Assembly: GCA_964270895.1 (NCBI GenBank)
Contig: OZ185437.1
Source: Podarcis filfolensis
Taxonomy: Eukaryota
Length of the DNA stretch: 64,000 nt
Direction: 5' to 3' (one strand)
Shown here: positions 35,101-49,880 of the stretch, piece after piece
How the letters are laid out: every line of letters begins with the position of its first letter
How positions within the stretch are numbered: the stretch's first letter is position 1
Translations under genes and position numbers: made by a program
Notes under the pieces: generated by a model
What the model saw: the letters and a program-made list of their open reading frames with translations, nothing else
What the model was told of the DNA's origin: nothing
Database searches by the model: none

Positions 35101-38100
35101 CCTTAACCAAAAGGTATTCCACACGTATAGGAATTTTGCATCTTAAGTTAACATTAATTTACACATAGGTATTTCCAGATTTTTCTTTCTAATCTGAGAT
35201 AAAGGTGGAAAATACAGTTAGATTTCTTTCAGTACGAAACACACAGGCCTCTGATTAGTAAGAGCTATGCAACATGAATCTTACAGGATTAACAAAGAGG
35301 AAAGATGTGGAAAGATGTACTGCTCCTACAAATGTCTGCTTTAGCTAAAATCCAGTTGGACCATATTACTTTGTACTGTTTAAGCCAGTAATCCTATTGA
35401 TGGTCAAATTTTACAGTTTGAACTTCTTAGAGCTGTACACAGCCCAGTTAAACAAAAGTATATTAAGACTGAGCACCATTTTAAGTGCATTTTTGTGATA
35501 AGTTTATTGATTTCAGTAGAATTTACTTCCAAGTGTGCAAGCTGGGGCAGTGTACTCTTAAAATGTTTTCACACACACATCTGTCTGAGAATCTCGTATA
35601 TATGATGTGTTTTCAGGTGTGTGCCTCCCTCAAGGTTCTCTGATGTGTCACAGAGTCTAGCATATTAGAACATAGATAGATGAATGTTAGGTTGTATTCA
35701 CAGTGGGGAAGTATCCACTTGGTGTCTCACAGTACATATTGGATTCCTTGATATATGAATGTATGAGCCACCTTGTAATCATTCTGACTCCATTTGGATT
35801 TAAGCCTTGAATCCTAAGCAAAATTCCAATTAATACATTTGGACTAAATGCATATCGCTGAATTGGGCCATCACTTCTGAAGTGGACTGCTTCAGTTGAT
35901 ATGGTTGGTACATGAGTCTGTCTCTCTAACCCACATGCTGAATTGAATTTAGGTGAATTTTTAAATGTTAGTTCTTATAAATCCCATTTTCCCCCCTTGC
36001 ATTGTTTATCACCCTTTTGTGCTACTTTGCATCTTTTTTGGTAGTAACCTTTGGTATGAGTTTAAACAAAAGCTGAGGCTATTTGCTTTTTTGTTTGTTC
36101 TGTTCATGCTGCTTGTTGCTAATGCTTTTATTGCTAGTGCCTTCCTAGAGGCAGCACTGGCCCTACTGTACATATGCTGCTTTTATTTTCCCTGCAGAAA
36201 GCAAAGCTGGAAGCAAAACTACATCAGACAACAGCAGCAGCTGCTGCAGCAGCATCAGCAGTTGGTCCTGTTCACAACTCTGTGCCTTCCAACTCAGTAG
36301 CAGCCCCAGGGTTCTTCATTCACCCGTCGGATGTCATCCCGCCCACTCCTAAAACAACCCCCCTGTTCATGACTCCGCCTCTAACACCACCTAATGAGGC
36401 AGTTTCTGCTGTTATCAATGCAGAGCTTGCACAGCTTTTTCCGGGCTCAGTCATTGATCCTCCACCAGTTAACCTTTCTGCACACAACAAAAATGCAAAC
36501 AAGTCCAGAACGGTAACTAAACAGAAGAGCTTTCGTGAAATTCCAGTCTAACTAATGTTAATGATAGGAACTACTTTGAGTGATTGCTAGTTTGCCTATT
36601 TTTCAAGGTGTAGTCAGTATGTTTTGAGAGCTAGTACTGTTAAAGGTCCTTTATATAATATCCCCACATCTATTAAGCTAAAATTCTTCATAATGAAGCT
36701 TCAGTGTAAATAGATAACTCGTTAATGCTTTGAATCTTTTCCATTGGTGTGCTAATAAACTAATCCATATGCAGTGTTAACTGTTGAGGTTTTCAAGTTT
36801 GAGTTTCCAAAAGCTTGCCTCCCTTTACTTTTGCATGAGCTTTAAGGTAATGACTAATAGAAAATGCATTGATTGATATATTGGTTAATTTCCCCTTTTT
36901 CAGAATCCACTTGGGACTGGCCTTGCTCTTGCAATATCACATGCTTCACATTTTCTTCAGCCTCCACCTCATCAGTCCATCATTATAGAGCGAATGCATT
37001 CAGGTAAATGCTGTTATCTTCCTTTAATGCAAAAATGTTCAAAGTTCATATTTTATAGGCTATTGGGAATTAATAGCCCGGAGCTACTTTGGGCATAGCC
37101 ATGATTTAGAACTGTCTAATTTTGAACTCTTCTGTTTAAAAGCAGATTGCTTTGTCATATGAAATTAAGAGTGTTCAAGCCTGCAGCTTGTTCATAATTC
37201 ACCTAACCATAGTTTGAAGGATTGTCCAAACTGTGCCAGTGATAGCTACTACAAAAGTAACTTCTTTAGTGAGGTTAAAAATCTTTAAATAGCTTTGGAA
37301 GTGCATTTTTGTTTATTATGTTCTTCGTTTGTGTTTTGATTGAGACTACCCTTTTAGCATTGGCACTTCGAGCTCACTGTATCTATTAAGTGCTGACATC
37401 AAACCTAACTTTTTTTTAAAGGTGCAAGGAGGTTTGTGACATTGGATTTTGGCAGACCCATTTTATTGACAGATGTATTGATTCCAACTTGTGGTGATCT
37501 TGCTTCCTTGTCAATTGATATCTGGACACTTGGTGAAGAAGTTGATGGAAGGAGGCTAGTGGTTGCTACAGATATTAGCACCCATTCTCTCATTCTGCAT
37601 GATTTAATACCACCACCCGTTTGCAGGTTCATGAAGGTAAATTTTTTTAAAAATGCTGTCTCTTATCAGATGGATTTATAAATGTTCTTACATGTAGTTA
37701 ATGCCCAGTTGTTGCATGTTTCTCATGTTTCAAAACTATGAAACTACACTGAAGGTCTCATTGTCTTTCATTTCATTTTAGATTACAGTCATTGGTCGTT
37801 ATGGAAGTACAAATGCAAGAGCCAAAATTCCTTTAGGGTTTTACTATGGGCACACATATATTTTGCCACTGGAAAGTGAGCTGAAGATTATGCATGATCC
37901 TTTACGAGGAGAAGTTGAATCTGCAAACCAGCCAGAAATTGATCAACACTTAGCCATGATGGTTGCGTTGCAGGAAGACATACAGTGCAGGTAAGATGAG
38001 GTCTTGGAAATGTATTGTTCATGGTTAATTTTAAAGTTGTAACAGCATGCGTACACACACACACACAGCAGATAGATACAGATATATCCTTCTGTTCATT

Positions 38101-41100
38101 GCTTTGTTTAAACTAAAGCATTGAGGCATGAGTGTGTGAAGTTAAAATATGTTGTTTCTTTTAGTTCTTAGATGGGGTGTGTTTCTTAATGAATTTTAAT
38201 TTAAAGGTATCTTTTGCCCCCTGTCCCCACTCTTACAGGTATAATTTAGCCTGCCATAGGCTTGAAACACTTCTGCAAAGCATTGATCTTCCTCCGTTGA
38301 ACAGTGCTAACAATGCTCAGTATTTTCTACGAAAGCCAGATAAAGCAGTAGAGGAAGACAGTCGAGTATTTTCTGCTTATCAAGACTGCATTCAGCTACA
38401 GCTACAGCTAAATTTGGCTCATCACGCTGTGCAGAGGCTCAAAGTAGCTCTAGGTGCTAGCAGGAAGATTCTCAAGGAACAAAGTGATCCCAAAGAGCTG
38501 ATTCAGATGTCCTCCACGGAGCAGTTGCGCACTATTATCCGATACCTGTTGGATACTTTACTTAGTTTGCTCCACTCTTCCAATGGTTGGTAGCTTAATT
38601 ATATTTCTTGACAAGTATGGAATTCTAAGCTTGCTTGTTAATTCATTGTCAGTGCTGGACATGTACGCGTATGCTTCCAACAGTACTGTTGGTGGGCTAG
38701 GGGCTATGTAGAACATTCTGTTATTTTTCACACACAGCAGATACACATTTCAAGTTAAATGAATGAGACAAAAGTGTAAAAGTGCAGGCAAACTCCATGG
38801 GGGGGGGGGCTGCGTTCCTCGTTGTCATGTGCATCAGTGGAAAACCCATTAGCCTGCCCCACCCTCTTCCAGATCCCAAAATGACCTGCGTGTGCATGGT
38901 CGCATGTATATTGAATGTGTGCAAAATGAGGGTTGCTTGTGTCCCTAAGAAACCTATTGCCACGATGATGGAGACAGCATTTGCCTGCCTCCAGTCCACA
39001 GGGACCTCAGCTGTTTTGAACCATCATGTTCCCAGTATGCATAAAGGCTAGGTGCTAGGCTGCAATGAGTTACTGTACTCTTGAGTAATAACCAGTTCAA
39101 ATGGGGAATTAGGAGTTGCCTTGTGGTCAAGTCTGTCTTTAAAATGTTCACCTGCTGATGAATGGAGAAAGCGCACAGTTTCTGAACCACTGCCTGGCAA
39201 AAAAAAGTAGTAGAATTCACATAAGTTTTCAGTTTACAATATCCATGGCAGAAGCTTTCTGGGCAAGTGTTTGTGTTCTTTCTCACATCTAAGGGAGGGG
39301 GGAACCTCATTGAAGTTGATGCATTTTGGGCAGAATTGTGTAGTTTATATTAAATTTTAGAAGCAACCTTTAGATAACTTTTATTGTGCAAAGAATACCA
39401 CTTGCAATTGAATTTTTGTTGATTTCTTTAAAGGTCACTCTGTTCCTGTGGTTCTGCAAAGTACGTTTCATGCTCAAGCTTGTGAAGAATTGTTCAAGCA
39501 CTTGTGCATCAGTGGGACTCCAAAGATACGCCTGCATGCAGGCCTTCTGCTTGTTCAGCTGTGTGGCGGTGAAAGGTGGTGGGGGCAGTTCCTTTCAAAC
39601 GTCCTTCAAGAATTGTATAATTCAGAGCAACTTCTCATTTTTCCACAGGACAGGTACTTTATAAGATGTCTTGTTTTTACTTTTCAGTTAAACAGTACTT
39701 GGAAAGATTTATCCCATGAAATTAGGTAGAATAGGCAAAAAGCTTGAAGGATTTTACATCCACCCACCAACACATCAGATCTAATTGACACCCTTATAGC
39801 TGTCATAACCATATTTATTTTGGAGTATGAATCTATATATTGGTTGATTTGGCCTAGGATGTTTCCATTATCTTGTTAGTGGCTCTAAATACTCTGTACC
39901 AAGTAGCTGCACTTTGATTTTGATCTTTACTCATGAGGAACTAGAAGAAGAGGAAACGGTTAATTTAGTTAGTTATTTGGGCGACTCAGTGTTTTTCTCT
40001 GGTTGTCTTTCCAAATGCAGCAATGAAGTTTTGTCAGATTGGATGTAATTGCTTATGAATTTGAGTTGCATCTTAAAGGGTCTTTAAAAAAAAAATTAAA
40101 AAATACTTTTTATGTATATATTTAGGGTCTTCATGTTACTTTCTTGCATTGGCCAAAGATCACTCAGCAATACTGGTGTCTTAGAAAGTTTGCTGAATCT
40201 GTTGGATAACCTGTTGTCCCCTCTTCAACCTCAGCTACCCACCCACAGATGCACAGAAGGTAATGTAGATTTATGTAGTTTTCATGAAATTGATTTCCTC
40301 ACCAACTTTGGTATTTAAAACACTATCTCTGATTGCTACTTTGATTATTTTTGCAGGTCAGGTGAAAGTTTAATTGATGCAAAGAGTTGTGCTTTGCCTG
40401 CAGTGTGGGGAGAAAAAGAGAGAGAATGGTCTATTCTACTTGCTGGCTAATTTTTTGATGTATTTTGAATAGGGTTTAAAATACCTTTAGAGGACTTTGT
40501 GGTAATGAAGTAAATGATTCATTTTTGGTTTTGGATCAGAAGGTCAGCGGTTCGAATCCCCGCGACAGGTTGAGCTCCCGTTGCTCGGTCCCTGCTCCTG
40601 CCAACCTAGCAGTTTGAAAGCATGTCAAAGTGCAAGTAGATAAATAGGTACCGCTCCAGCAGGAAGGTAAACGGCGTTTCTGTGCATTGCTCTGGTTCAC
40701 CAGAAGTGGCTTAGTCACGCTGGCCACATGGCCCGGAAGCTGTACGCCGGCTCCCTCGGCCAATAAAGCGAGATGAGCGCCGCAACCCCAGAGTTGGCCA
40801 CGACTGGACCTAATGGTCAGGCGTCCCTTTAGCCATTCAAGGGTGCACAGTGCCAAAGCTTAGATTAAGCAGCCTGTGCTTCAATCTGATCACAGAAAAA
40901 GGGATTGGCCATTCCGCCCCACCTTCTGCAGCCTCATTGATTGCTCTTCTAGGAGGTCCCCTAAATGTGAGGATTGGGAGGAGTACACGGTGCTGCGCTA
41001 CAAAGTGTGTCTGGAAAACTCCTGTGCATGCACAGATCACAAGCCCTGGTCCTAAGGTCAAAATACTCATTCTGGATATAAGAATACTTTCCCTAACCTG

Positions 41101-44100
41101 TTTGAATGTGCACCTTTTCTACATACTTCAAGGCTTACAATGCATAGGGAAACATAAACTGTTGTTGAATTGGCTGTGGAAACATCCTTTACTCTGTTTC
41201 CATAGGGGCATAGGAAACTGCCTTATAGTGATTCTACCCCAGTCCTATTGACATACTGGCAACAGCTCACCAGGCTTTCAGACAGGGGACATTATAAGCC
41301 AGAGCTTTTGTAACTTTTCATGTTGGTGACACACTTTTTAGACATGCATCATTTCATGACACAGTAATTCAGTTTTACCAGCCAGGTGTTAAACTAACCC
41401 CTTTCCAGGCCCAGGAGAAGTGCAGGGAGCGTTCGCCCAACACACTGCAGCCAACACACTAATGTGTTACGACACACAGTTTGGAAAGCTCTGTTCTAAG
41501 CCCTACCTGGAAATGTTGTGGATTCAACCTGGAACCTTCTGTATGCAAAGCAGATGCTCTACTAATGAGCCGTGCCCTTTCCCATCACTCTTTTTCTTAG
41601 CTGAAGTTTTTTTATATTGAATCACTTAATCAAATTGTCTTATTTTAAAGGTGTTCTAGACATTCCTATGATTAGCTGGGTTGTAATGCTGGTATCCAGA
41701 CTCTTAGACTATGTGGCAACTGTGGAAGATGAAGCAGCTACAGCTAAGAAGCCTTTGAATGGAAAAGAGAGAGACAGATTCTTGACAGGTGCAATATATA
41801 TATGCTTAATATGACAAAGCTTGCTTGTTAATTATTTAAGATTAGATAACTTAGCTTAAATGTGCAATTTGTAAAAGGCAGAGTGTTGTAAAGTGTCCAT
41901 ATGCTGTACTTTTAAGCAACTTTGAAAATAGGAATAAACAGTACTGGATACATGCAGGGAGAATCTCCATAGGGCATAATGGAGCCTTTACCACCACCTT
42001 TCTTGGCAGCTGTTTGCCATGCACAAGGCAATCTGACAGTACTTTGCATTCACCTACCATTTTCTGCAGTGGAGGATGGAATCACTCACTCCACTAGGCA
42101 GGATTATGTAAATGAAGTGTACTTATCTCACCACATGGAGGATGACCCCGTTCCTTCCTGCCTGTTTACTTGTGCAAGTGGTGGTCAACTTTAAACTAGA
42201 AGTAGCACAATAATTTTATAAGTGTGCTTTATTGCTACTCCTGGCCTGTGGAGGAGAAAGGCCAGGAGTAGCAATAAAGCACACTTTATCCCATCAGACA
42301 AGAAAATCCTGGGATGAGTCCTTTATTTTTAAGGATAATTCTGAGCCCCAGGAAAAGACTCTTCAGCAAAGGAATTCTTCTACCGCAAGGACTTCTGGCT
42401 GCGTAACAGAGCTTCCCTTCCTTCTCCTCTCCCTGTGTACCCCCTGTGCCCCCTAAATGTGTTCTGGGGGTTCCCCCAGCCCTCCAGAGCAGATTTGCAG
42501 AGGGTGCATGGAGAGAGAAGAGGGAGGGAAGGTTCAGTTGCACAAGTGAAATCCTTGCGCTAGCGGAAGTACTTGGTTGGATACCACCCCTAGAAGAAAA
42601 ATAGAAATAAGAATTCGGAATATGTGCAGAGTGCGTCTCTGTAGGATGTATTGGAGTCCTTACCACCGCCTTTCTTGGCAGCCCTTAGCTATATACAAGC
42701 AGGAGTGCCAGCTTGGCCCTGGCACTGAAATTTGTGGGTGCCTGGCCCCTTCATGAGGAATTTTCTGGGTGCTAGGGCACCCAGGGCCCTACGGAGCTGG
42801 CACCTATGTGCACAGCTAATTCTGATGGCACATGCAACCATTTGTTCCAGTGGGAATGCCACCTGCGTATGTAGATCCCATGACCCTGTTCCTTCTAGTG
42901 TTTTGCATGCAGGTTACTTGTGCTTATGACTGTTCTGTTGGAAGAAATGACTGTGTGCTTTGTGGTGTACCTGTCTGAAGATCAGCAGTTGAAGGCTCCA
43001 TTATGCACTCTGGAAATCTATCCTATGTCATAGGTGGGGATTCATCATGCTGTGGGTGGGTGGGGGGCTTTGGATTAGGTCTGTTGTCTATGTAGATTAA
43101 TCTTAACACTTTGTTTTATGTGCATAATATATAATAGATCTCATGTTGTTAAAGAACCTGAACTTTACAGGTTATCTTTGCTGTGCTAGACATGCATAAT
43201 GGGTGTTTAGTTTGTATGTGTCAAAAATCTTGCTTTTTCTGTCAACTGTTAAATAACATACTCTTTTCTTGTAGGCAATCAGTGGAGCTTCATTAATAAT
43301 AATCTACACACACAAAGCCTCAATAGGTCTTCAAAAGGCAACAGTAGCTTAGATAGATTATATTCCAGAAAGATCAGAAAGCAGCTTGTTCATCACAAAC
43401 AGGTAACTTCCAGTTCATAGTAGTTGTTTTGAGATTTCTGTTACGATTGATAACCCTGTTTTGATTTTGAGGTGTGATTTCCTGATTTTGTACACCTTGG
43501 GGTAGGGTTTTGCAAGTGAGCAAACAAATAGCCGGAGATCACTGAGGCAAAGGGACAAGTTGGAGGAAATTCCAGGTGCCTGGCTTTCCCACAGCAACCA
43601 TGAACCTATCTGAAAGTTGTGCAAGTGTGGCAAATATTGACAATACAATAATTGCAGACAAGGGACCTGAGGAGATCCTATGTGTGCTCTGCAGGGTGGA
43701 GTAGATTTCCACCACCTGGGGAGAACAGGAGCTCACATGAGTCTGAAACTTTGGTGGGAGGAATGTGGCAAAAACGTTTAGAAACCACTGGTTTACATAT
43801 GGCAATTATTTAACTATTCCCTGTCCAGCCATCTAAAATTCTAGGCCTTGAGGACAAGTATATGGCAAATACTCACTGCTTTTCGCAGTCAGTGAAGGCT
43901 CACCAGTTTCTGTAGCTTTAAAGCTGCTGTTTGAACTGGTTTTATAGTTCTGTTGGCAGTCTGTTAAAGTTTTGGAAATATAAACACTAAAAATTAAAAA
44001 CTTTAACTTGACCATCATATGAAAGTGCATATCTATCTTGCATCTTATTGCTTACATTTTCATATTACGTCTGTTAACATTTTCTTTTAGCAACTTAACT

Positions 44101-47100
44101 TACTAAAAGCAAAACAGAAGGCTTTGGTGGAACAGATGGAAAAAGAGAAAATACAAAGCAACAAAGGATCATCCTATAAACTTTTAGTAGAACAGGCAAA
44201 ACTAAAACAGGCCACGTCAAAGGTATGATGTTCTGCAATTATACTTATTGTCTTGTGCAGAAAGAACTGTTTCTGCAAATTCAAATATGTTCTAGGTTCA
44301 TTTTTTACAAAAATCATTCCATTATGCCTCTTAAGGCCCAATCTGCTTGCTAATTCAATCACCTGATGTATATCTGGTTTTGGAACTGCTCATTTAATTC
44401 TTACATAGGCACCTGTTAGTTCCTCATGATAAAAACTATTTTGGAGACTTACCTAGTATGGTGTTGGTCTATGATAAATAACCTGCAGCACTACTTATGA
44501 ATCTGCTTATAGAATAATGCAAAGATTAGATGCATTTAAATGTTATTTTTTAATTATTTGTTAAATTTATATACCTCCCTTCATCATAAGATTTCAGGGC
44601 AGTTCAAAGAATAAAATAGAGGATAAAAACAAGTAGATAATTAAAACAAAGCAACAAAACAATAACTCCCCTTTTCCACAGACACATTTAAAAGGCTGCA
44701 GAATATTAATCAGCCAAAGATGATTTCAAACATTCTATTAAAACCCAGTGTATTGTGGCCCAACGTGGGTTTGGCTTTGCGTATCTCAAACAGCAGGCCC
44801 CTCCCTTCCTAGTTCACATAGCAAACTGCTTTTGAAACTGAGGGGGACTTTCAAAAGCAGTTGTGATATAGCATAGAAGTATGCTGTTCAAAGGAATACA
44901 TTCACAATTTCAGGAGGTGCAGTTTTTAATCTCTTGGATGTGCCTAAATAAGCAGCTTCAGCATCACCTGGGAAATACTAAGAACTTCTCTGTAGTAAGT
45001 AATTCTGTAAATTTACGAGTAGCGCCTAAACCATATATTAACAAAAAAAATTCTCCAACCTGCAAATGTCCCTGCTGCTGCTGACATTTTACTGAGAATA
45101 TTGGATTCTTTCACATGAAGTAGGTAGTTCAGTTATAACTTAGTCACCTGAAGGGTTATGCAAGCTACAGACTTCATGGATTTCTGCTATCTCCATGCAC
45201 TGTATGTTCTTCAGATCTAGGGTGTACTTTTATTTTGCTAATGTGGTGTTTGTGGAAGATGATGGATTGAAGGATTCTTTCTATCCCCTTGTGAGTTGGG
45301 AAGTGTGCTTTGAAGTATTGGCAGATACTTTGTAGAAACTTAACACAGGAGGAGAAAACTGCCAACAGTTGCACTTACAATGCCAAGGAGGCCCTAAATA
45401 CCTGGAGAAGTTAGCTTCCCTATTTTAGACACTTCTAGTTTGGCAGCTATGAGAGACTGGGTCTGCCCTACATGGTTGAAACAAGATGAAGCAGAAAGGT
45501 GAATATCCATCTCTACAGTACATACCAGCAATGTCCAACCAGTCGACTGCGATCGACAGGTAGATCTGCAGGGTTCTCCAGGTCGATCGCGGTAGTTAAA
45601 AAAGAGATTGCCTGGTTGCTCCTGAGCGTTCATGACACACCCCGCCCCCAGCACTATGTCCCATCGGCGCTGTTGATGGTGCTGTTAAAGATTTTTTCTC
45701 CCTTCGTCTGCTGCAGGGTGGGGGAAGAAGGGAGGGGTTCAGACTGCTGGATGAGCGATATAATTAAACCCGTCCCCCCAAAAAAGTTCAACAACTCTGG
45801 CCTCTCCCCCTAAAAAAAATGCCAACAACTATGGGCAATGACAATAGGTAGATCACTGCCAGTTTTCTTATACTGGGAGTAGATCGCAGTCTCTATAGAG
45901 TTGGACGTGCCTGGTATATACTGTCAGGTTAACATAATAGGCATATTGGGAAATATGACTAGATGAAAAAGCAAGACCTTTTGAAAGAATTGGAGGGTGA
46001 TACCACTTTATGCGTAAGTTTTAGTGAAGGTGAACCAGCACACTCATAGTGCTGTATCCAGCAGTGTCACTCAGCTGCTGGTAAGGTCTCTGTCAACAGA
46101 CCATGGAAGGAGTCAACCCTCCCCCTTACAGCCCCCTGACACCCTTTAAGTACTCAGGAGAATTGGTGGACCTCCCAGAGAAGATTTAGATGGGGTGCAG
46201 AGGGGCTGCAGGGGATAAAGAGAATAGTTGAAAATTGCTCCTGTTACACTGAGAGAAGTTTTATATCTGACACACTATTGGATGACTGGCACCTTTGGAT
46301 GCAGCCCCAAGTCTGTTTGGATATTTTTACATGATGATGTTGTTGTATTAACCAGGAAGCATGGCCTAGTTAGAACACCAACTAATAGAGAAGGTATTCT
46401 TCCTATTTCGGCCAGTGAAGGATAATGTGGTAAATGCATACCAGGGGAACTAACCTGTGGCCCTCCATATGCTGTTAGATAACAGCTTCCATGATTCCTA
46501 AACCTTTGGCATGTTGGTCATTGCTGATTAGATTTAGCAATGGATAGTAAAATCTCAGCGCCTAGGACTTGCCGATCGCATGGTCGGCGGTTCGAATCCC
46601 CGCAGCGGGGTGCACTCCCGTCGTTCGGTCCCAGCGCCTGCCAACCTAGCAGTTCGAAAGCACTCCCGGGTGCAAGTAGATAAATAGGGACCGCTTACCA
46701 GCGGGAAAGGTAAACGGCGTTCCGTGTGCTGCGCTGGCTCACCAGATGCAGCTTGTCACACTGGCCACGTGACCCGGAAGTGTCTGCGGACAGCGCTGGC
46801 TCCCGGCCTATAGAGTGAGATGAGCGCACAACCCTAGAGTCTGTCAAGACTGGCCCATACGGGTAGGGGTACCTTTTAGAGGCCTATAAGTTATTCATTC
46901 CACCTCCCCCCGCCCTTAATACATTCCTTCTTAGCAGTCAAACTTGATGGTCTGCTGCCATGTCAAAAAAGGGGTAAATTTCATGAATTGTGCTCATATT
47001 GATCCAGAGCAGATCCCAGCGTATAGTTAGCAGAGTAAAAACTTAAACATGTTGCAGGACTCCCAAAAAATAGACCAGAGGCTAGCTTCATCCAGCAGAG

Positions 47101-49844
47101 TTTTACTACTGAAGACAAATGAGCTTAATGGTCACAAATCTAATACATCTTCAGGATCGCCACAGTCCATAAGAAATCAGACTTAAATATATAAGTTTTA
47201 ATAAGTTAAAACCTTAACACCTAAGCATGTACAGAACACCACACCAGAAGGAACACCACACCAGAAGGAAAGAGAGACAGAAAGTAAAACTCAAGCTTCT
47301 TCTGGCCTGTTCTTATATTCAGCATGAACTTGAGTGAAAGAGATAACAGAACCAGTTTAAACCAGCTGTTCAGCTTCTCTGAAGGCCAGAATAGAAGCTT
47401 GCTTGTTAGCTTTAAACTTCCAGCTTGTAACGCACAGAGAAGCTTCCAGAACCCTCTTGAATCAGTTAGAATAGGAAGGATCTCTACACATCAGATCAAT
47501 ACCTTCTGCACCAAAAAATGCAAACTGCCAGTGAAGAAATTGGGACATACCAAGCAAAGACAATGACTTGGCAAGAGGATAGATAAGAAACCTATAGCAG
47601 AGCATTTGAAACAGAATTACTTTTAAGGTACCACCTCAGTGATACCTCACTCAACAAAAGTCTGTTTTGAATCTGGTGCAGGACAAGTGTTGGCAGTGTG
47701 AGGAATCACACAGCTATTCTAATGGCACTTGGGAAAGAAAGTTCTGGCATTTTAGTCTTTAACATATTTAGGGATATGTGATCCTGTAGCTTCCTTTTCA
47801 AGTTCTCCTCAACAACTTAAATGGATAGATTTGAGAATACAGATAAAGGAATGGCTGCTGATTGCTTGATGGCCGGTTGAATCACAATGGAAAATATGAT
47901 TAGCCAGTTAATGTTATGGAATATGAGTCATAGTGTTCATTTCTAAACTGAAATGACTATATGCAGGTATAAGAAGTTAGATCCATGAAAATTACTTTGT
48001 GGAATAACAATCACTTTATTTCCTTTTGACAAAAGTTTGAAGATAGTGCCTTATTCACCCTTAATGATAGATTAAAAGTAATGTTCTATTATTGTTATTA
48101 TTAGAAGTACTATAATAGTGAAATTAGAGAGGTATTTTTAAAGGTATATTATTATATTTGAAATGGTTAAATAACGAACTGGATTCAATGGAACTGGATG
48201 CTTCTTTAGGTACAAGTGGAAAGAAGCAATCTTCAGTGATTTTTTTTGTGGGGGGGGGAAACACCCCTGGCTGCCCAGTGGTGTGTATTGCAGGGTCTTC
48301 TGGAACAGCATGTGAGTGATGCCTGCATCTGTAGGGAAAGGTCAAAATCTCCTCCCCCCTCTTCTCCATTGGGAGTCGCCTCCTATAAAGTTAACTTATG
48401 TGAACAGAAGAAGCCCTTCCATTCATGGAGTTGACAGTGTGGATTCAACTCATTATGTATTGTTTCATGTTAACTTCTGTTTAAGAAAAAATAGTTGGAT
48501 AATTGCAAACACATTCTGTGCTTTTGACTCACACAGCACTTTAAGGATCTGATTCGTTTACGTCGGACCGCAGAGTGGCCTCGTTCTACATTAGACACCG
48601 AAGTATCAACTGCAAAAGAAACTCCAGAAATTGAACCCCTTCCATTTACGTTGGCACATGAACGCTGTATTTCAGTAGTGCAAAAGTTGGCACTTTTTCT
48701 TTTGTCGATGGATTTTACTTGTCATGCAGATCTACTGCTGTTCGTGTGTAAGGTATGCAGTATATTACATGATTATCCTGTGCAGTTAGGGGAAGACCAG
48801 TACAGATGGTGATCATTTTAGGCGTGTCCAATTGATGCTCAACACCAACGTGCGGAAGAAGGCAGAATGGAGGCGGGGGCAGGATGGGGCACACATATAC
48901 AGTATGCTCTGCTGATGCACGTGGGGGCCAGGAATGGAACTCGTTGCCACCTGTATGTCAAGTCCTGAAGCCTTAATTTCAGCAAGCTGCGCTTTTTATA
49001 TTTACCTATGATTTTCGAGAACCAGTGTAGTGGATATATGTTGGGAGACTTGGGTTCTTGTCCCCTTCTTGTCTTGGCATAAAGTTTATCATCTCCTAGC
49101 CTCATCTCCATTGCAAAGTTACGGTGGGGATAACATTGGCTAACATTTACTGTCACGAGCCCCTTAGAACAAAAGGAAAATAATTTGATGGACAAACTAA
49201 GGTTTCAAAAACTAAACTTGGTGTCCTAGTCCTACACATTTTGTTGCAATTGCATGATCTTCCAAAGAAAAATCCCATGGTGTAAAATAATAGGTTGGTA
49301 TCCAGTGCTGCGTGAGTGGGTGTCTGCTTGCACAACCCCACTGCAGCCCCACATCTGCTTTGGAGGGTCCCCCAACCCTTCAGAAAAGAGTTTAGGGTAC
49401 ATGGGAGACTGCAGAGGAAGGGACTGTTGGTCTTGCCTGAAGGGAATTATTCCTTGGATAGGAGTTGGTGTTTCCCCACTCCCTCAGGCTTCAGTTCACT
49501 TCGTGTCACAGCCAGGAAAGCATCTCTCTTTGGCATCAGACAGGCAACATATAGAACAAAAGAAACCAGGCCACAACACCTGCTTCCTTACCTTTAACAG
49601 AAAGAGTAACTCATGAAGAATCCTTCTTTGTACTACCTGAACAATCCTACTGCAAATCAGAGCAGCCCAGAGCCATGTAAGGCAGCTTCCTCTGTTCCTA
49701 TCTGCTCTGGACAAAGGCAGGGAACTAACTGAAGTTTGAGGAAGAGGAGAGCAACCTACGTCCACAAGTTCTCAGTGTTTTTGGCCTTCGAACACTAGGT
49801 GTTTGTTCTGTGAACCGCCCTGAGACCTCTGGGTTTAGGGCGTA

Positions 49845-49880
<36 letters not shown>

